Shown here piece by piece: positions 50,001 to 62,286 of a stretch of 64,000 nucleotides of DNA. Made by a program: the position numbers and the translations under genes. The DNA is from Antedon mediterranea (Eukaryota > Animalia > Echinodermata). The first letter of the stretch is position 1, and each line of letters starts with the position of its first letter. The notes beneath the pieces are model-generated. The model did no database searches. It saw only the letters and a program-made list of their open reading frames with translations, and was not told where the DNA came from. Location of the stretch: the NCBI RefSeq assembly GCF_964355755.1, contig NC_092679.1, forward strand, positions 3,936,201 through 4,000,200. Direction: 5' to 3'.

Positions 50001-53000
50001 TTAATTACTTGCAAGTGGGGTGATTTAGCTGTTTTAAATGTTAATGTAAATTGACATGTAATTAAGCATAGCTGCAAGGTAGGTTTTTAATAAAAGAAAT
50101 TTAAATATCAACAGTTAAATGTTGTTCTGCAATTCATCAAATGTAGGGATTGTATTGATTACCAGTTCACGATTTTAAAATCAATGCAAGATAATTCACA
50201 TATTCATTCCTCAGTTTATGATTTGTACACCTTCAGTCAATCAATCAAATAAACCTAAATATTTGTCTTCCACTATCAAACTACTGTAGTTTGACAAAAA
50301 AAAGTGTGATGTGCCCAAATATGGTAATGATGTGCTCAAATATGGCAGTAACATGACATCATCATATCTGTATATGGGCACATCATACTTTTTGTCACAT
50401 AAAGTTTGATAGTGTAGACAAAGCTTTATACAATTATTACTCTTTTTTTCAAATTCAAGAAGCAATTAACAAATTTTATATATTTTTTAAAAGAAATCCA
50501 AGTCGACCTTAATGTGAGGAAGCCATTAAAGCTATGTTTAGCCTGAACCCGAATTCGGTGGTGGCCTCAGAAAGCTCCTGGCAATGCTACACTATCAAAC
50601 TAGTTTGACAAATATGGTAGTGATATGCCCAAATATGGTACTGATATGACATCGTGTCCATATATGGGCACATCACATTTTTTTGTCACTGTACAGTTTG
50701 ATAGTGTAGACAGAGCTTTAAACATCACCCACTTTTACAATTTTATTTTTATTATTTTATTAAGCCACCACATTGGAAACAGGGCTTAGTGTGAACACAC
50801 CTTTAAGGTATATTCAGTCTTATTTTAGTTTATAGTAACAAAAATTAAGCTTACCTCAACTTTAAAGTTTTCCATTCTTCCAACAATTTGATTATCTTCC
50901 CAACCCCATGTTATTTTGGATTTGTAAGGATCAAGAAAATTCCTTTTATCCCATAAATTGTTGATATTACGGTTTCCCAAGAGCAGATATGAGACGACAA
51001 ATATCATCAACAAAGCAATTACTGTAAACAAACAAATTTGATTTTTAATTACTGTAGTTTTTTTATGGTTTAAAAAAAGATAATTGCTTCACATTAAAAG
51101 ACAATTAACAGGCCTGGTCTTTTAAGGTGAGCGAGTGCAATCACTCACCTAACACACTCCTAAAATGGCCTTGAGGAGTTGTGATTTACAACACGCTTAA
51201 ATTTGGTAAAACCAAAATACAAACAGCCCCTCTGAATGTATTAAGGAGTGCAATTTGTAGCACACCTATAATTTTCAAATGACAAGGCCTGTTTAACTAG
51301 TACAGTAGTACGGTCATTTTTATTGCGGTTGTGAAAATTTAAAACACTAAATAGTACAACAAAGCCACTACCTTTTTGGGTGTAAAATAACATTTAAGGA
51401 ATGACATTTGGGTTATATAATCATAAAGCTCTGTCTACACTATCAATATATGGACATGTCATATTTAGGCATATCACTACCATATTTGGGCACATCACAC
51501 ACTAGTTTGATAGTGTAGAAATAGCTTTAGTATGGTGAATCAGTTTAATACTTACAATAAAAAAATGACCCTTCATTTTCATCCACTTGTTTATCTTGAA
51601 CTATTAGCTTTTTCCATATGTTGACATCTTTATTTTCTTCCTTTAAAACCAATTGTATTCGTTTTGCCTCATTTTTAAGTACATTAAAATCTTCAGGTGA
51701 AATCCGCAGATCAATGGCTGACGAAACCGCTATTAAACGTAATTGTTCAATGTTCCAATAGCCTTTGGATGCCAGACTGCATAAAATATATGAATACTTA
51801 TATTAATATTAATTGATGTTACAAAAAAGTGTGATGTGCCCATATATGGACATGATGATGTCATATCACTACCATATTTGGGCATCACTACCATGTTTGG
51901 GCACATCACACTTTTTTGTTAAATTAGTTTGTGTAAACAGACCTTTAGTAATATCAAATTATAGATTGCCTAACAAAAATACAGCATTTGTAATTCAAAT
52001 TTTAGTTCCAAGTTAGTAAAGAGTTCATTATATATTAGATGAGATACAATGATGAGACAATTATGAAAATGTCCTACTTTACAGATATGGAAATTGAGCA
52101 TAAAGATATCACAATAAATTATGTTAAATCTTATTACTGTGGAACATCGTGCAATAATAATACTGTATTATAGACTTTATAGTACTGTAGATTTTTATTA
52201 AATAATTATTTAAAACAATTTTAATAATTCCTCAATGCTATTTTATAATTCAAAAGGAAAATTACTAAAAAAATTTCCTGAGAAAACTGTTCCATAAAAC
52301 GCATCTCACCATATCTCTATTCCTGTTGTACTACTGTGAGATTAGGCCTATAAAATACTCAGTCATTCTATACTACTAATATTAATAATACTTTAAAGGC
52401 ATGAAGAGAGAATGCTAAACCGCCTGAAGCAATTACACAGTACTAGTATGCTGAAAATATATATAATAAAGATAAACAATTGTCATTTGAATCAATGTGA
52501 TATACTGTACCTATGAAAACAATGTTTGAGACCAATGCCTTCAAGCCATTGCAGAAGATATGGTATGTTCTGTAGATGAGCTATTCCTTCTTTTACTTGT
52601 GTTTGTTCTTCAAGAAACAAATCTGTAAAAGCTCTATGTGTCAGGTCAACTTCTCCGCAGTCCTCAAATGACCTACATCCTAAATATTCGTAACAAAAAA
52701 ATCATTATGCGTTATTTTACATTATACATTTTCTCATTTAACCAAGGCATAACTATTTTTGGATGGCTGGAAATAATAAATCCTACTATAAACTTAGAGT
52801 AGGCCTAACAACATTATTAGCCATATAGCCAGCTTAGTTAGGCTAACTAGTAACTAATGTCTCTTCAACATTCATCATGCTGCTGCGTTTAAATGTAGCC
52901 TACCCGAAAAATGTAGGTCTAGGCCTACGCCTATTCTATTGACATTTCATTATTATTATTGTTTGTTTAATAAATGTTGGGAATTTATTATAAATTGATT

Positions 53001-53266
53001 GTGCTAATTTGCACAATATATACTGTGTGTTTAAAAAATATATATGTAAATTGATCAATTGATGAAAAATCAGAAGCAAACTCACCAACTGCATGAAACA
53101 CATGCTCGTAGGCCACTAGTTTCTGGTCGATAAGCCAGTTTCTAAATGACTTCTCGCCTTGTCCATCGGCTTCAGAGTTCACAAAAAAGGGTGCTAGGCT
53201 AAGCTGAAAGGTGATCAAAAAGAGGGCGGGGATGATAAAATGTTGTACGATTTTTCCTCTTGCCAT
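41013..53266 (-). CDS. AREL1: Apoptosis-resistant E3 ubiquitin ligase 1 (filamin repeat + HECT), ~943 aa, 18 exons
   Basis: Exons (minus): 53266-53086, 52679-52511, 51776-51556, 51021-50855, 49940-49712, 49380-49211, 48717-48546, 48017-47806, 47301-47169, 46719-46598, 45845-45770, 45666-45557, 44869-44687, 44104-43976, 43619-43490, 42621-42473, 41734-41559, 41115-41013; phases consistent, 2832 nt. AREL1 motifs: NFLDPYKSKITWGW, KPKKVFCYISPKQLTIKEFYLRIIP, NIGGSETF, LDWGGLSREWF, YEFAGKIVGKCLYESSLG, FDENELELLMCG and catalytic LPTAHTCFNQLCLPTY. Confidence 0.94.
42692..42781. repeat. 29-bp tandem repeat x3
   Basis: ccagttaacgttaagttgctttaaattga at 42692, 42721 and 42750. Confidence 0.92.
44154..44274. 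mobile_element. MITE family B
   Basis: agctctgtctacactatcaaa ... tttaatagtgtacacaaggct. Confidence 0.8.
44487..44646. mobile_element. MITE family B (near full length)
   Basis: taa|agccttgtctacactatcaaact ... agtttaatagtgtagacagagct|tta. Confidence 0.88.
45150..45480 (-). mobile_element. tRNA-derived SINE with Deu/Nin-like central domain
   Basis: Minus strand: A box tgggcgagtggttaag, B box ggttcgagcc, then ttcggata...gtaggtcccgtgtac...cactttaaagaacc...tctttcgag..aagtagggg, which resembles the Deu/Nin domain (recalled, not searched). 3' boundary approximate. Confidence 0.65.
46051..46575. mobile_element. MITE family A interrupted by a 5'-truncated L2/CR1 LINE end (~46080-46455)
   Basis: Left TIR agcttggttcccactag at 46051; the insert encodes LKKLLKTHLF and ends gcgctataaaaatc(tta)n; the MITE core resumes at ~46453. 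Confidence 0.7.
47642..47771. mobile_element. MITE family A
   Basis: agcttggttcccac ... ctagtgggaaccaagc. Confidence 0.8.
50258..50717. mobile_element. Two MITE family B copies (~50258-50425 and ~50587-50717)
   Basis: cactatcaaact ... agtttgatagtgtagacaragct with reversed 21-bp internal repeats. Confidence 0.8.
51427..51526. mobile_element. MITE family B (a further partial copy at ~51820-51944)
   Basis: taa|agctctgtctacactatcaa ... tttgatagtgtagaaatagct|tta. Confidence 0.82.
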
Positions 53267-55553
53267 TACACTACCTCATTCTTATCAAATATTGAAATGC
53301 GTTCGCCCAAAAATAATGGCAATATTATAAACCCAATAATTATTGGACCAAAACAAAGTTTATTACGCTGTAGGCCTAACCACCAAAGCTAAAGCCTGGG
53401 AGACAGAGAAAAATTGCCTTTCCACTCAAAACAACCCATGCATAAAAAATGTTATAGTGCCCTCTATAGTTTCAATTTTACAAAGTTTTTCTTTCACATC
53501 TCAAGTGGTAGGTCGTAGGCTAAGTACAGATTTATAACTATAATTAATTTGATAAAATTATACCAATACCTTATTATAATGATCCGGATGATGAGACCAC
53601 CTAATCTAAAACTCAGTCACCTCATTAAGAAATATCAATTAATTCGACACAATAATAATAATATAATACAGAAATATAAACAAAATACATATTATAAACA
53701 TTTAAAAGAAAATGCAATAGCAAAACTTTAAACTATTTACAATAACCAATAAACACTGCCCTCCATCATTTATTGATGCAAAAAGCAGTTTACAAAATTT
53801 TAATTGCAAGATACAGCTTTAAAATGATTTTTCTTTAAAAAATGCATTTATTACTTTAAACCAATAAAACAATTTGAAAATATAATGAATATACATAACT
53901 TAAAATCAAAAAGTCATATACAAAGTTTTATGAATAAATAAACATTATTATAAGATTCATAATCAAAACACATAGGTGAATATTTTTAGCAGGATATAAA
54001 GCAAAAAAATTAACAAATTAAATAGAAATAGAAGTAAGTAGACATAACACAACTTTTCATAATGTTCAAAGTTTATTTTGAATAGTCAGGTAGTGAACAT
54101 ACAAAATAATATTAAACTCAGTATTTAAATTGTTTGTTGTTTTGTTTTGGGTTTTTTGGTGTGATGTATTTTTAATGAAAAAAGACACAGAGACAAGTAC
54201 ATTTTATATATGTTCATATTTGTTTTGAATCTAGTGTAGAAAACCAAGGCTTATTACTGCAACACTGAAAAGATACAAAATGCAAAGAAACAGATTGAAA
54301 AATCTTTTTTTTTTCTGCTGCAAGATGCCATAAGAAACCATGGCAATTGCATAATCAAATGTAAATCATTGGAAGCTGGAGCTAAAGAAACATAAGCATT
54401 GAACAAAATATTCTTTTTTTTTTAAAGAAAACCAAAATGCAAACAGAAAACAGACCTCAACGCAAACCGAAAAACACACCAACTGACAAGATGCATGACA
54501 TATCATGGCAGAAATATGTAATCAATGGAATATACCTGGGATTTCAGACAAACCAAATATGAATCAACCGGGCTTTATGAGTTTTTATCTACAGTACAAG
54601 CCTAGCAGCTAGTTACAGATCTTACTTGGTTTTTATGCTTGGATGCTTGAAGCCATGTCTTGCTGCGTTAGTAACCTACCTTTGTGTTTCCATTTCCTAA
54701 AAAAAAGTCTTCCAACAACACCAGTGTGCATGTTTAAGTGTTAGTAGCGAAAATCATTTTACAGTTAAATATGTCAACTACCAGGCAATGAAGAAATATT
54801 TTGACAATGTATGAAATGGTATTACAGTTGTGTATTCAACCATTTAGGAAATAATTATTTAACCCTGTACATGAAAATTATTAGGAGTGAAGCTGAAATA
54901 AAAAACATGCATAATAAAGTCTAAGGAAAATAAAACTATCAAAGACAGAGGTGATGGTACAGAAATTATGGCATCTGTTGGTCAACAGACACTGTGTGTG
55001 TAACACGTTGAAACATACTCCTATGAATGACGTCATTCACAAGCAAAGCTCAAGTGGCTGTGAGTTTGAGAACGTCATGCGCGCCACACGAAATGAAATG
55101 GAGGTTGTGGTACATCTATCTATTAGATCTAAAGTTATACTTTTATGGAAAACCTGATACTTTTATAAACTAAATCAAAATGATTTCAATTGAATAAAGA
55201 TTATTCTAGGTCTAGAAACTGAAATTGTATAATAAGGCAAGATAAAAGACAAACAAATTCCACCACACCGAGATGATGTGAGCTTTAGGCCTACGACGAC
55301 ACGGAGGAAGAGATCTCACTCCCTGGTGAGAGAAATGAGCATGTTCATAGTTTCAATTTTATTTACAGTAGGCTTATCTGTTAATAATATTGATAAGCTA
55401 TTAAATATCTATACAATTAATTAAATGTATACTTACATTGCCTGAATGTGACGTATGTTTGATTTATGTATATTTTTTAACAAATAAAACACCACCTACT
55501 TTATCTCATCTCTTGGCGCTCTGGCTTTCTTCTCTAACTTTTCTTAACTTAAT

Positions 55554-55645
55554 ATGCAAATTAGAAGAGGGAAATAGTTGTCGTTGATTGGCTCATTTGG
55601 TTGCTGAGCATTTTGAGAAGATTGAGCTTTCCGTTGATTGGCTAT
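55554..55645 (-). promoter_or_regulatory. Octamer plus two CCAAT boxes between the divergent AREL1 and carotenoid oxygenase genes
   Basis: ATGCAAAT at ~55554 and gttgattggct at ~55584 and ~55633. Motif presence only. Confidence 0.35.
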
Positions 55646-56463
55646 TTAGAGATTACTTTTCTATCCGGGCATTTTGAACCGTTTTGGTATCACACAACCG
55701 GCCATATAACATTAATACAGAATGTAGTTCTTTTCTTTGGAGCTCAATGGCGTAGTCATTTTTTTAAACTGACAGCTATCATTGTGTGTCGTCCTCGTAC
55801 ATAATTATTTTTTTTTGGCTGTAATGAATATGTCTCAATAACAACTAACTAGCTTTCTGTATATTTTGTATACATTTATAGATTAATAATAAATTGTAAA
55901 TATAAAATAATTATATATAGCTTTTAAAATTGGTATAATAAATCAGTAACTATAGGCCTACAAAATAACGTATTAGGTGTTTTCCTTTTCTTTCATTATG
56001 GCTGAGACAAAATTGTCACACTTGGATTTAACGTTTGTCATAATTTGACTGAGCACGGCTCATATTTTAGGCTGACTCTTTAATATTATTATTTATATCA
56101 TATCACAATATCGGATATGGTCAGTGTAGCATCTGTAAAATATCTAATGCCTGGTTAATAGATTATTAATATCACAATATTAACGTCCGAATTTGCTGAG
56201 CACAGGCCTATGGAGCTATACTATGCCCCTCTCCAGATTTTTATAAACAATCTATGTAATTTATGCATTTTGAAACTATTTTTTATTTTTTGAAATTATC
56301 TTGCACTATTATTGGTCATTAATTTTATCGTCGACTTCCTCGTGACATGACAATGTTCAAGCATTTATTAATAACTCCCTACATCATAATCGAATAACCC
56401 AGGAGTACACAGTAATTTAGTTTGCCAAGCCTAATCTTTTTGGAAATCCGGATCATTCGCAGG

Positions 56464-59400
56464 ATGTTGCTTCGTAACAGTGGGCTATTTTTTCGTAGAT
56501 TAGGCATAGCAAGCATCATGTCGACTTCTATTAATGAAATGTTAACAAAGACTTATTTGAAAGATAATCCAACCCCAACAGAGGCTGTAATCGAAGGTAA
56601 GACTCAACTCAGCAAACCGTGTGATGACAGGCTGGGAATGTATACAAACATGGGAAATTCCCCATGTCGCAACAGTCGACCTTTACACTACAGTAGTAGT
56701 TATTAGGCCTGTAGTATTTAGTAATCATAATAATAAGATGATTTGTTCATTATTTTCTTATCTGAGTAGCCAACGCAATAAATGTGGGGGAAAGGAGGTG
56801 CATCACACAGTGCAATAGGCCTCTCTGTAGATGTGACGATGGAGACTGTGCTGGAGGAATTCCCAATGTCGCAAAGTTGACCGGCCCTATGTGGGCTACC
56901 TTTCATAGTAGTTCAAATTAGGCCTGTAGTATTTAGTAATCATAATAATAAGATGATTTGTACATTATTTTCTTATCTGAGTAGCCAACAACGAAAGTAA
57001 ATAATTTGCATACAGTTAGATGCCTATTTTATTATTGTCTGATACTAGCACTGATCCAAATCAAATCTCCTAAACAACTCATCAACATTGTTTTATTTTA
57101 TTAAATTATCTGACATTATTAATTTAGGATGTTATCTCTCTCTATATATGTTAGGAGCGTTACCACAATGGCTTAGTGGGGAATTGCTTCGAACTGGTCC
57201 AGCCATATTCGAGGTTGGCGGCCAAAAAATGAACCACTTCTTTGATGGATTTGCAATGTTGTTACGATTCACAATCAAAGATGGCAGCGTTAAGTATCAA
57301 AGTCATTTTTTGAATAGTGAGACTTACAGACAATCTTTCAAACAGAATCGCATCGTTGTGTCACAATTTGGTACCGCATCCTACCCAGATCCATGCAAGA
57401 GTATTTTCCATCGTTTCATGTCAAAGTTTTCGGTTCCTGAGCTGACAGACAACGGAAATGTGAATATTATTCCTATTGCTGATGAACTATATGCGTCTTC
57501 AGAAACGCAGAACTTGTGCAAAATTGATTTAGATTCAATGACAAATACAGAGAAGGTAACTTAACAGAGCAATAGTTTTATCAGTGGCGTAACGCAGAGA
57601 CATGAAGCCCCTGGTTAGGTAACCCCTCCAAGTTCCAAGGCTGGGCGTTTGAACCTTTTCGTCATATTTGAATGCCTGTTTTTTCCTCTAAGCACTGCTC
57701 ATGGGCCCCCTGAGCGCTCATAGCCGTTACGCCACTGAGTTTTATAATACTCTATACGGAGTATATTGTTTTTGTATAGTTCTATTTTTATATATGATTT
57801 TTTTATATGAGGGCCCCTTGATTGTCAGCATATTATTGCTGTTTAGGGTCACCCTCTATTATAACAAATAGTAGATATTAAATATGATTAAAATTCAATG
57901 CAATTAATTTCTCTCAGAAATCCTGAATCCCACCCCCTAAAAATGTAGTTGGATTATTCAAACATTGTCTAAACTTATTTTTATAATTCTTAAGAATTTT
58001 GTATTTGATGTTGAAATTTGTACTTTTTATTGTTTATTGTAAGCTGATGTAATCTCATTCTTTTTTAATTGCACCCTAGTTTGAAACCCCATTTTATCAT
58101 TTTCTTGAATCATTGTACATACTATTATTTTATTTGTGATTTGATGAAGAAATGTATTTGTATTATTCAGATACTGATATACTCAGTCATATTATAATAA
58201 TTTTTTTTGCTAGTTCATGATTTGATAAATTATTTTTAGATTATCATCTATTTTATATTTTTCACAGGTAAATATTTTTCGCAGAAATAACATAGCTGTG
58301 AATACGCAGACAGCGCATCCACATGTTGAATCTGACGGGACTGTCTACAACCTTGGAACAGCATTCTCTGGAAGAAGTTGCTATAAGATCGTCCGCTTTG
58401 ATGCTCAAAAGAAAGGTTTCATACTTGCTCAAAATGAGCATTTTTTTAAAAACTAATGAGCAAGTCTCAAGACCTAAAAATTAAATTGAAATAGTAATAT
58501 ATGAAATTTACTAAAATGAGGTAGAATCGTAACGTTTCAGGCAATTTCATACAATATAAATGAGTTTTTGACCTGACCTGGTGTTAAAATATATTAAATT
58601 TACCTGCATGGAGTAAATTATAAAATTTGAGATAATTTCATGTAATAAAAATGTTTATAAATCCAATTTACTTGGTTATATTTGCATTAATATTATATCT
58701 GTTATATGATTGAGAGTCATCTAAACAATTTGTCCTATCTACGGTAGGTAAAAACTTTTGACACAACTGTTTAACTGACTTGTGAATTTCCAGTTCTTAT
58801 GGAGCATATCATTTTAAACTACAGTATATTGTCCCCCTGAATTTTGTTGAATATGCCATTTAATGCCACACATCAACCTTAACTAAAAATTGGATAATAA
58901 AAAAAATATTTACCTGAAAAAAATGTAAATTTATAAAGTTTGTTTTGTCTCTTTATAAGTGAAACCATTATTTTTGTTCATTTTTCTTCTACAGAAGTGA
59001 ATAACTTGATTAAAACTACAAAATGGTCTTTCAGGTCTGATTTTATTAATCTACATTGTTCATGTTTTTTGGGAACAATGTATCTTTAAACTATTTTGTT
59101 TTTGTTTGTGTCACTAGAATCAGGGCCAACTGCGTCAGTGGTTAGCACCATACCATCATCATCAGGACGAAACCCATCATATTACCACAGCTTTGGAATG
59201 ACTGAAAATTACATCATCCTGATGGAATACCCGTTTATCGTCGACGTCCTATCCTTAATCATTTCACAATTTACGGGAAAAACGTTCTTCAACACATTGT
59301 CCTTTGACCAGGCCAAGCCAACGTATATCAACATTATCGACAAGAAGACGGGTGAAACTGTTGTCAAGCACAAAGCAGACGCCATGTTTTCATTTCATCA

Positions 59401-61408
59401 TGTTAATGCGTTTGAGAAGGATGGTCACATCTTCATGGACCTTCTACATTATGATAACATCGATATTTTTCATAAACTATTCCTTGAGAATATTCGAAAG
59501 GATGATTTAAATGAAATATATGCAACTCCAAGGCGATTTGTTTTGCCCCTTAAAGTAGAAAAGGTTTGCTAATTGTTTCATATATTATATTTTTCAGGTT
59601 TTTTATTTAGATTTGTATCTTTACTCTTTATTGAAAAAAAAAAAATCATTACTAAAGAAAATAATAAAAGAACAAAATCATAATATTACATTAAGAGACT
59701 GATTGATTTCAACCACTTAAGAAAACATATTCATTCATTTTTACAAATAAAACAAAAAATTCAACCACAAAATAAAATATTAATTTAACTTGGATCATAC
59801 CATTAATTTTGCCTTCAAACAATTGAATGCATACCGGGGACGAGACAACGTAAAATAAGATAATACCATAATGTTATAAACAAAAGAGAGGCTTTCCACA
59901 CATAGTCAAAAAGTCATTGTTTTTACTTTTTTGTAGGATTCTGCGACAAATGGTGAATTAACTCTTCCTGCTGGTACGTCCTGTCGTGCTGTTGTTCAAG
60001 ACGATGGAATGGTCCATTGTCACTCAGAGGTTTTAATGGATGTTCGTAAGTGGAATAATGCTGTAAACATTTTTAGATTAATCATCTTTTATTATGATGC
60101 ATAAATGCTAAAACAACACAACAGTGTTTATTTATTTAACTTTCACCATTTCTATATCGCTTTAAAATTTTAAGATGATGCTTAATGTACAGTTAATCAC
60201 TCTTATAAATAAATACAGGTATTAAATTCACACAGTGTATATAATCTCTCAAGTTTAAAATCATTTTGTGTGTCAATGTTTTGTTGTTATTCAAATTTGT
60301 CTTTCATACTCTAGGCATTGAACTTCCGCAAATGAACTACAAAGAATACAATGGCAAACCTTACAAATACTTTTATGGAGTTAGTGCCGGATTCAAAGAG
60401 GTAAGAACGATGCCCCCCCCCCCCCCCCCCTTATGATCTATCAAACACACACCTATAAAACTCCATAGAACAGACTTCTATTATCGATGAGACACCCTTA
60501 TTCACTGTTCAGTATCCTCAGTGGTGTAATGCAGAGGCCTGAGACCTCCGGTTTAGGAACCCTAAGTGGCCCTCCAACGCTGCTGGAGTCCGGGTGTTTT
60601 TAACCTTTTTACAACATATTTTAATGCTTGTTTTTTTCCCTGGTCACTGCTCATAAGCTCCAGGGCCCCTGGGTCTAGTCAGTGAGTGCTCAAAGCTGTT
60701 ACGCCACTAAGTATCCTATATATGTTAATCTTTTCTTTTTATAGTTACTGAAAGTTGATGTTGAAAATAAAACATCTGTGAGGTGGTTCGAAGAAGGATG
60801 CCATGCGTCTGAACCAGTGTTTGTTGCAAACCCAAAAGCAAAAGAAGAAGATGATGGTATGTTCCGCCTAAAATATTTCTGTATTTATCTTATCCTGATT
60901 ACCATAACAATAACAATCAAACATTATATAGTACCAATTCCAATCATGATCAAAGACGCATTGTGTCCTGAAATTTGCTAAATAAATGAGTTTTTTAATT
61001 AATCTTAATGAGTCAAAAGTAGGTGAAAGTTTTACAAAAGGAGGGAGTTTGATCCAAAGAGAGGGTGCAACAAAAGAAAAGGAGCGTCCATCGTAAGTTT
61101 TAGTCCAGAAACGGGGAACAGATAGCAATGATAGGGAGCCTCTGCACAAAGGGCTTTTTAAGATTGTTTCTGAGGAGGAAGGCTCAATATCTTTGATCAC
61201 CATGCCCAGAATATTTGTACTTATTATATTAAAATGTTATATTAATATTCCAGGAGTGGTCTTGTCAACTGTTCTAGATTGCCGAGAAGGAAAGCGTCCA
61301 TTTCTGCTTGTCCTCAATGCGAAGACTTTTAAAGAGGAATGCAGAGCAGTGGTACCAGTTGAAGGATGGGCTTATAGTTTACATGGCCGATTTGTATCAA
61401 AATTCTAA
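56464..61408 (+). CDS. Carotenoid cleavage oxygenase (BCO1/BCO2/RPE65 family), ~529 aa, 8 exons
   Basis: Exons 56464-56596, 57155-57555, 58268-58415, 59118-59563, 59937-60045, 60315-60400, 60745-60856, 61254-61408; 1590 nt. Motifs [50 protein letters not shown], plus four Fe-binding His (TAHPH, YYHSF, FHHVN, LHG). Subfamily needs a phylogeny. Confidence 0.93.
56620..56990. repeat. ~215-bp period tandem duplication in oxygenase intron 1
   Basis: ttaggcctgtagtatttagtaatcataataataagatgatttgt.cattattttcttatctgagtagccaac at ~56703 and ~56918, with looser upstream similarity. Confidence 0.85.
57582..57737. mobile_element. hAT-type MITE with 8-bp TSD
   Basis: AGTTTTAT|cagtggcgtaacg ... cgttacgccactg|AGTTTTAT. 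Confidence 0.92.
60519..60709. mobile_element. hAT-type MITE (same family) with 8-bp TSD
   Basis: AGTATCCT|cagtggtgtaat ... gttacgccacta|AGTATCCT; internal similarity to 57582-57737. Confidence 0.9.
60975..61200 (-). mobile_element. L2/CR1-clade LINE ORF2 C-terminal fragment in oxygenase intron 7
   Basis: Minus-strand translation [29 protein letters not shown] matches the L.VP..RTK.YG.R.FS..AP.LWN.LP end motif of these LINEs. Confidence 0.75.
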
Positions 61409-61633
61409 GTCTATTGTCATTGAAAGTAGATAATGCATGTTTGCGAAAGGGTGTTGAGTAATTGGTCAGATGTTTGCCCTACTCTGATTTGTACTTTATA
61501 CTAAGTTCATTGAGAATGTAGTACCCGCTGCTTACTTGGGCTTGAATGTACTTAGTATAAAGTGACCAATTAGATCATGTATATTGTATAACACTCAATT
61601 AAAATCTTGCTTGATTGGACAATATAGGGTCAC

Positions 61634-61634
<1 letters not shown>

Positions 61635-61666
<32 letters not shown>

Positions 61667-61958
61667 GAAATTTGTAAAGCGCATGTATCCGTCTAAGAAA
61701 GACGCTCACTGCGCTACTGAAATTATTACCCCAGTCATTTTGGATCAAACACGTATGGAAACTCCCATAATGCAGCTAGTAATCGGTGCAAAGTTGTGTC
61801 TTGATCTAACCGGGTACCCATTTATACACCTTGGTGGTGAGAGGCAAACGTAAGTAAAGTATATTGACTAGGGATACAAGCAATGCGACGAGAGTTGGAT
61901 TCGAACCTCGGTCTCACGATCAGTAGTCCAACGTCCAACACACTGTGCCACACGCCCT
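61635..61958 (-). mobile_element. Full-length tRNA-derived SINE with CORE-like middle and L2-like (TTA)n tail
   Basis: Minus strand: A box tggcacagtgtgttgg, perfect B box GGTTCGAATCC (61897-61907), gcctctc..caccaaggtgtataaatgggtacc, tail ..gcgctttacaaatttccat(tat)n. Confidence 0.85.
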
Positions 61959-62165
61959 CACAGATTGTATTAAAATATATTACATAATTATTTATAAATA
62001 TTTATTTTAACACTTGTTTTGAAGTGTTGGTATTTCGTTTGTTGTTTATTTGAGAGATTAAATTTAAATAAAGAGACTGTAGATTTAAAAGGTATTTTAC
62101 CTGATGCATGTTGTTTAGAAAGATTTTAATAAATTGAATGAAGATGTTTAATAATGTTATACTAA

Positions 62166-62286
62166 AGCTCTGTCTACACTATCAATCTTTATGTGACAAA
62201 AAAATGTGATGTGCCCATATATGGACATTATGGTGTCATATCACTACCATATTTGAGCACATCAAACTTTTTTTGTCAAACTAGTT
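62166..62286. mobile_element. MITE family B, 3' truncated
   Basis: taa|agctctgtctacactatcaa...gtcaaactagtt. Confidence 0.8.

Noticed and set aside
51109-51291. hAT-like MITE (caggcctggtc...gacaaggcctg)
   Set aside because: The inverted ends are short, with no matching TSD and no second copy in the window.
54940-55350. Possible snoRNA or other structured ncRNA
   Set aside because: Only short hairpins; no paired C/D boxes or H/ACA architecture found by eye. An Infernal/Rfam scan would be needed.
61880-61958. tRNA gene (perfect B box)
   Set aside because: No convincing cloverleaf, and it continues into a SINE body and tail; the same applies at 9680 and 45400.
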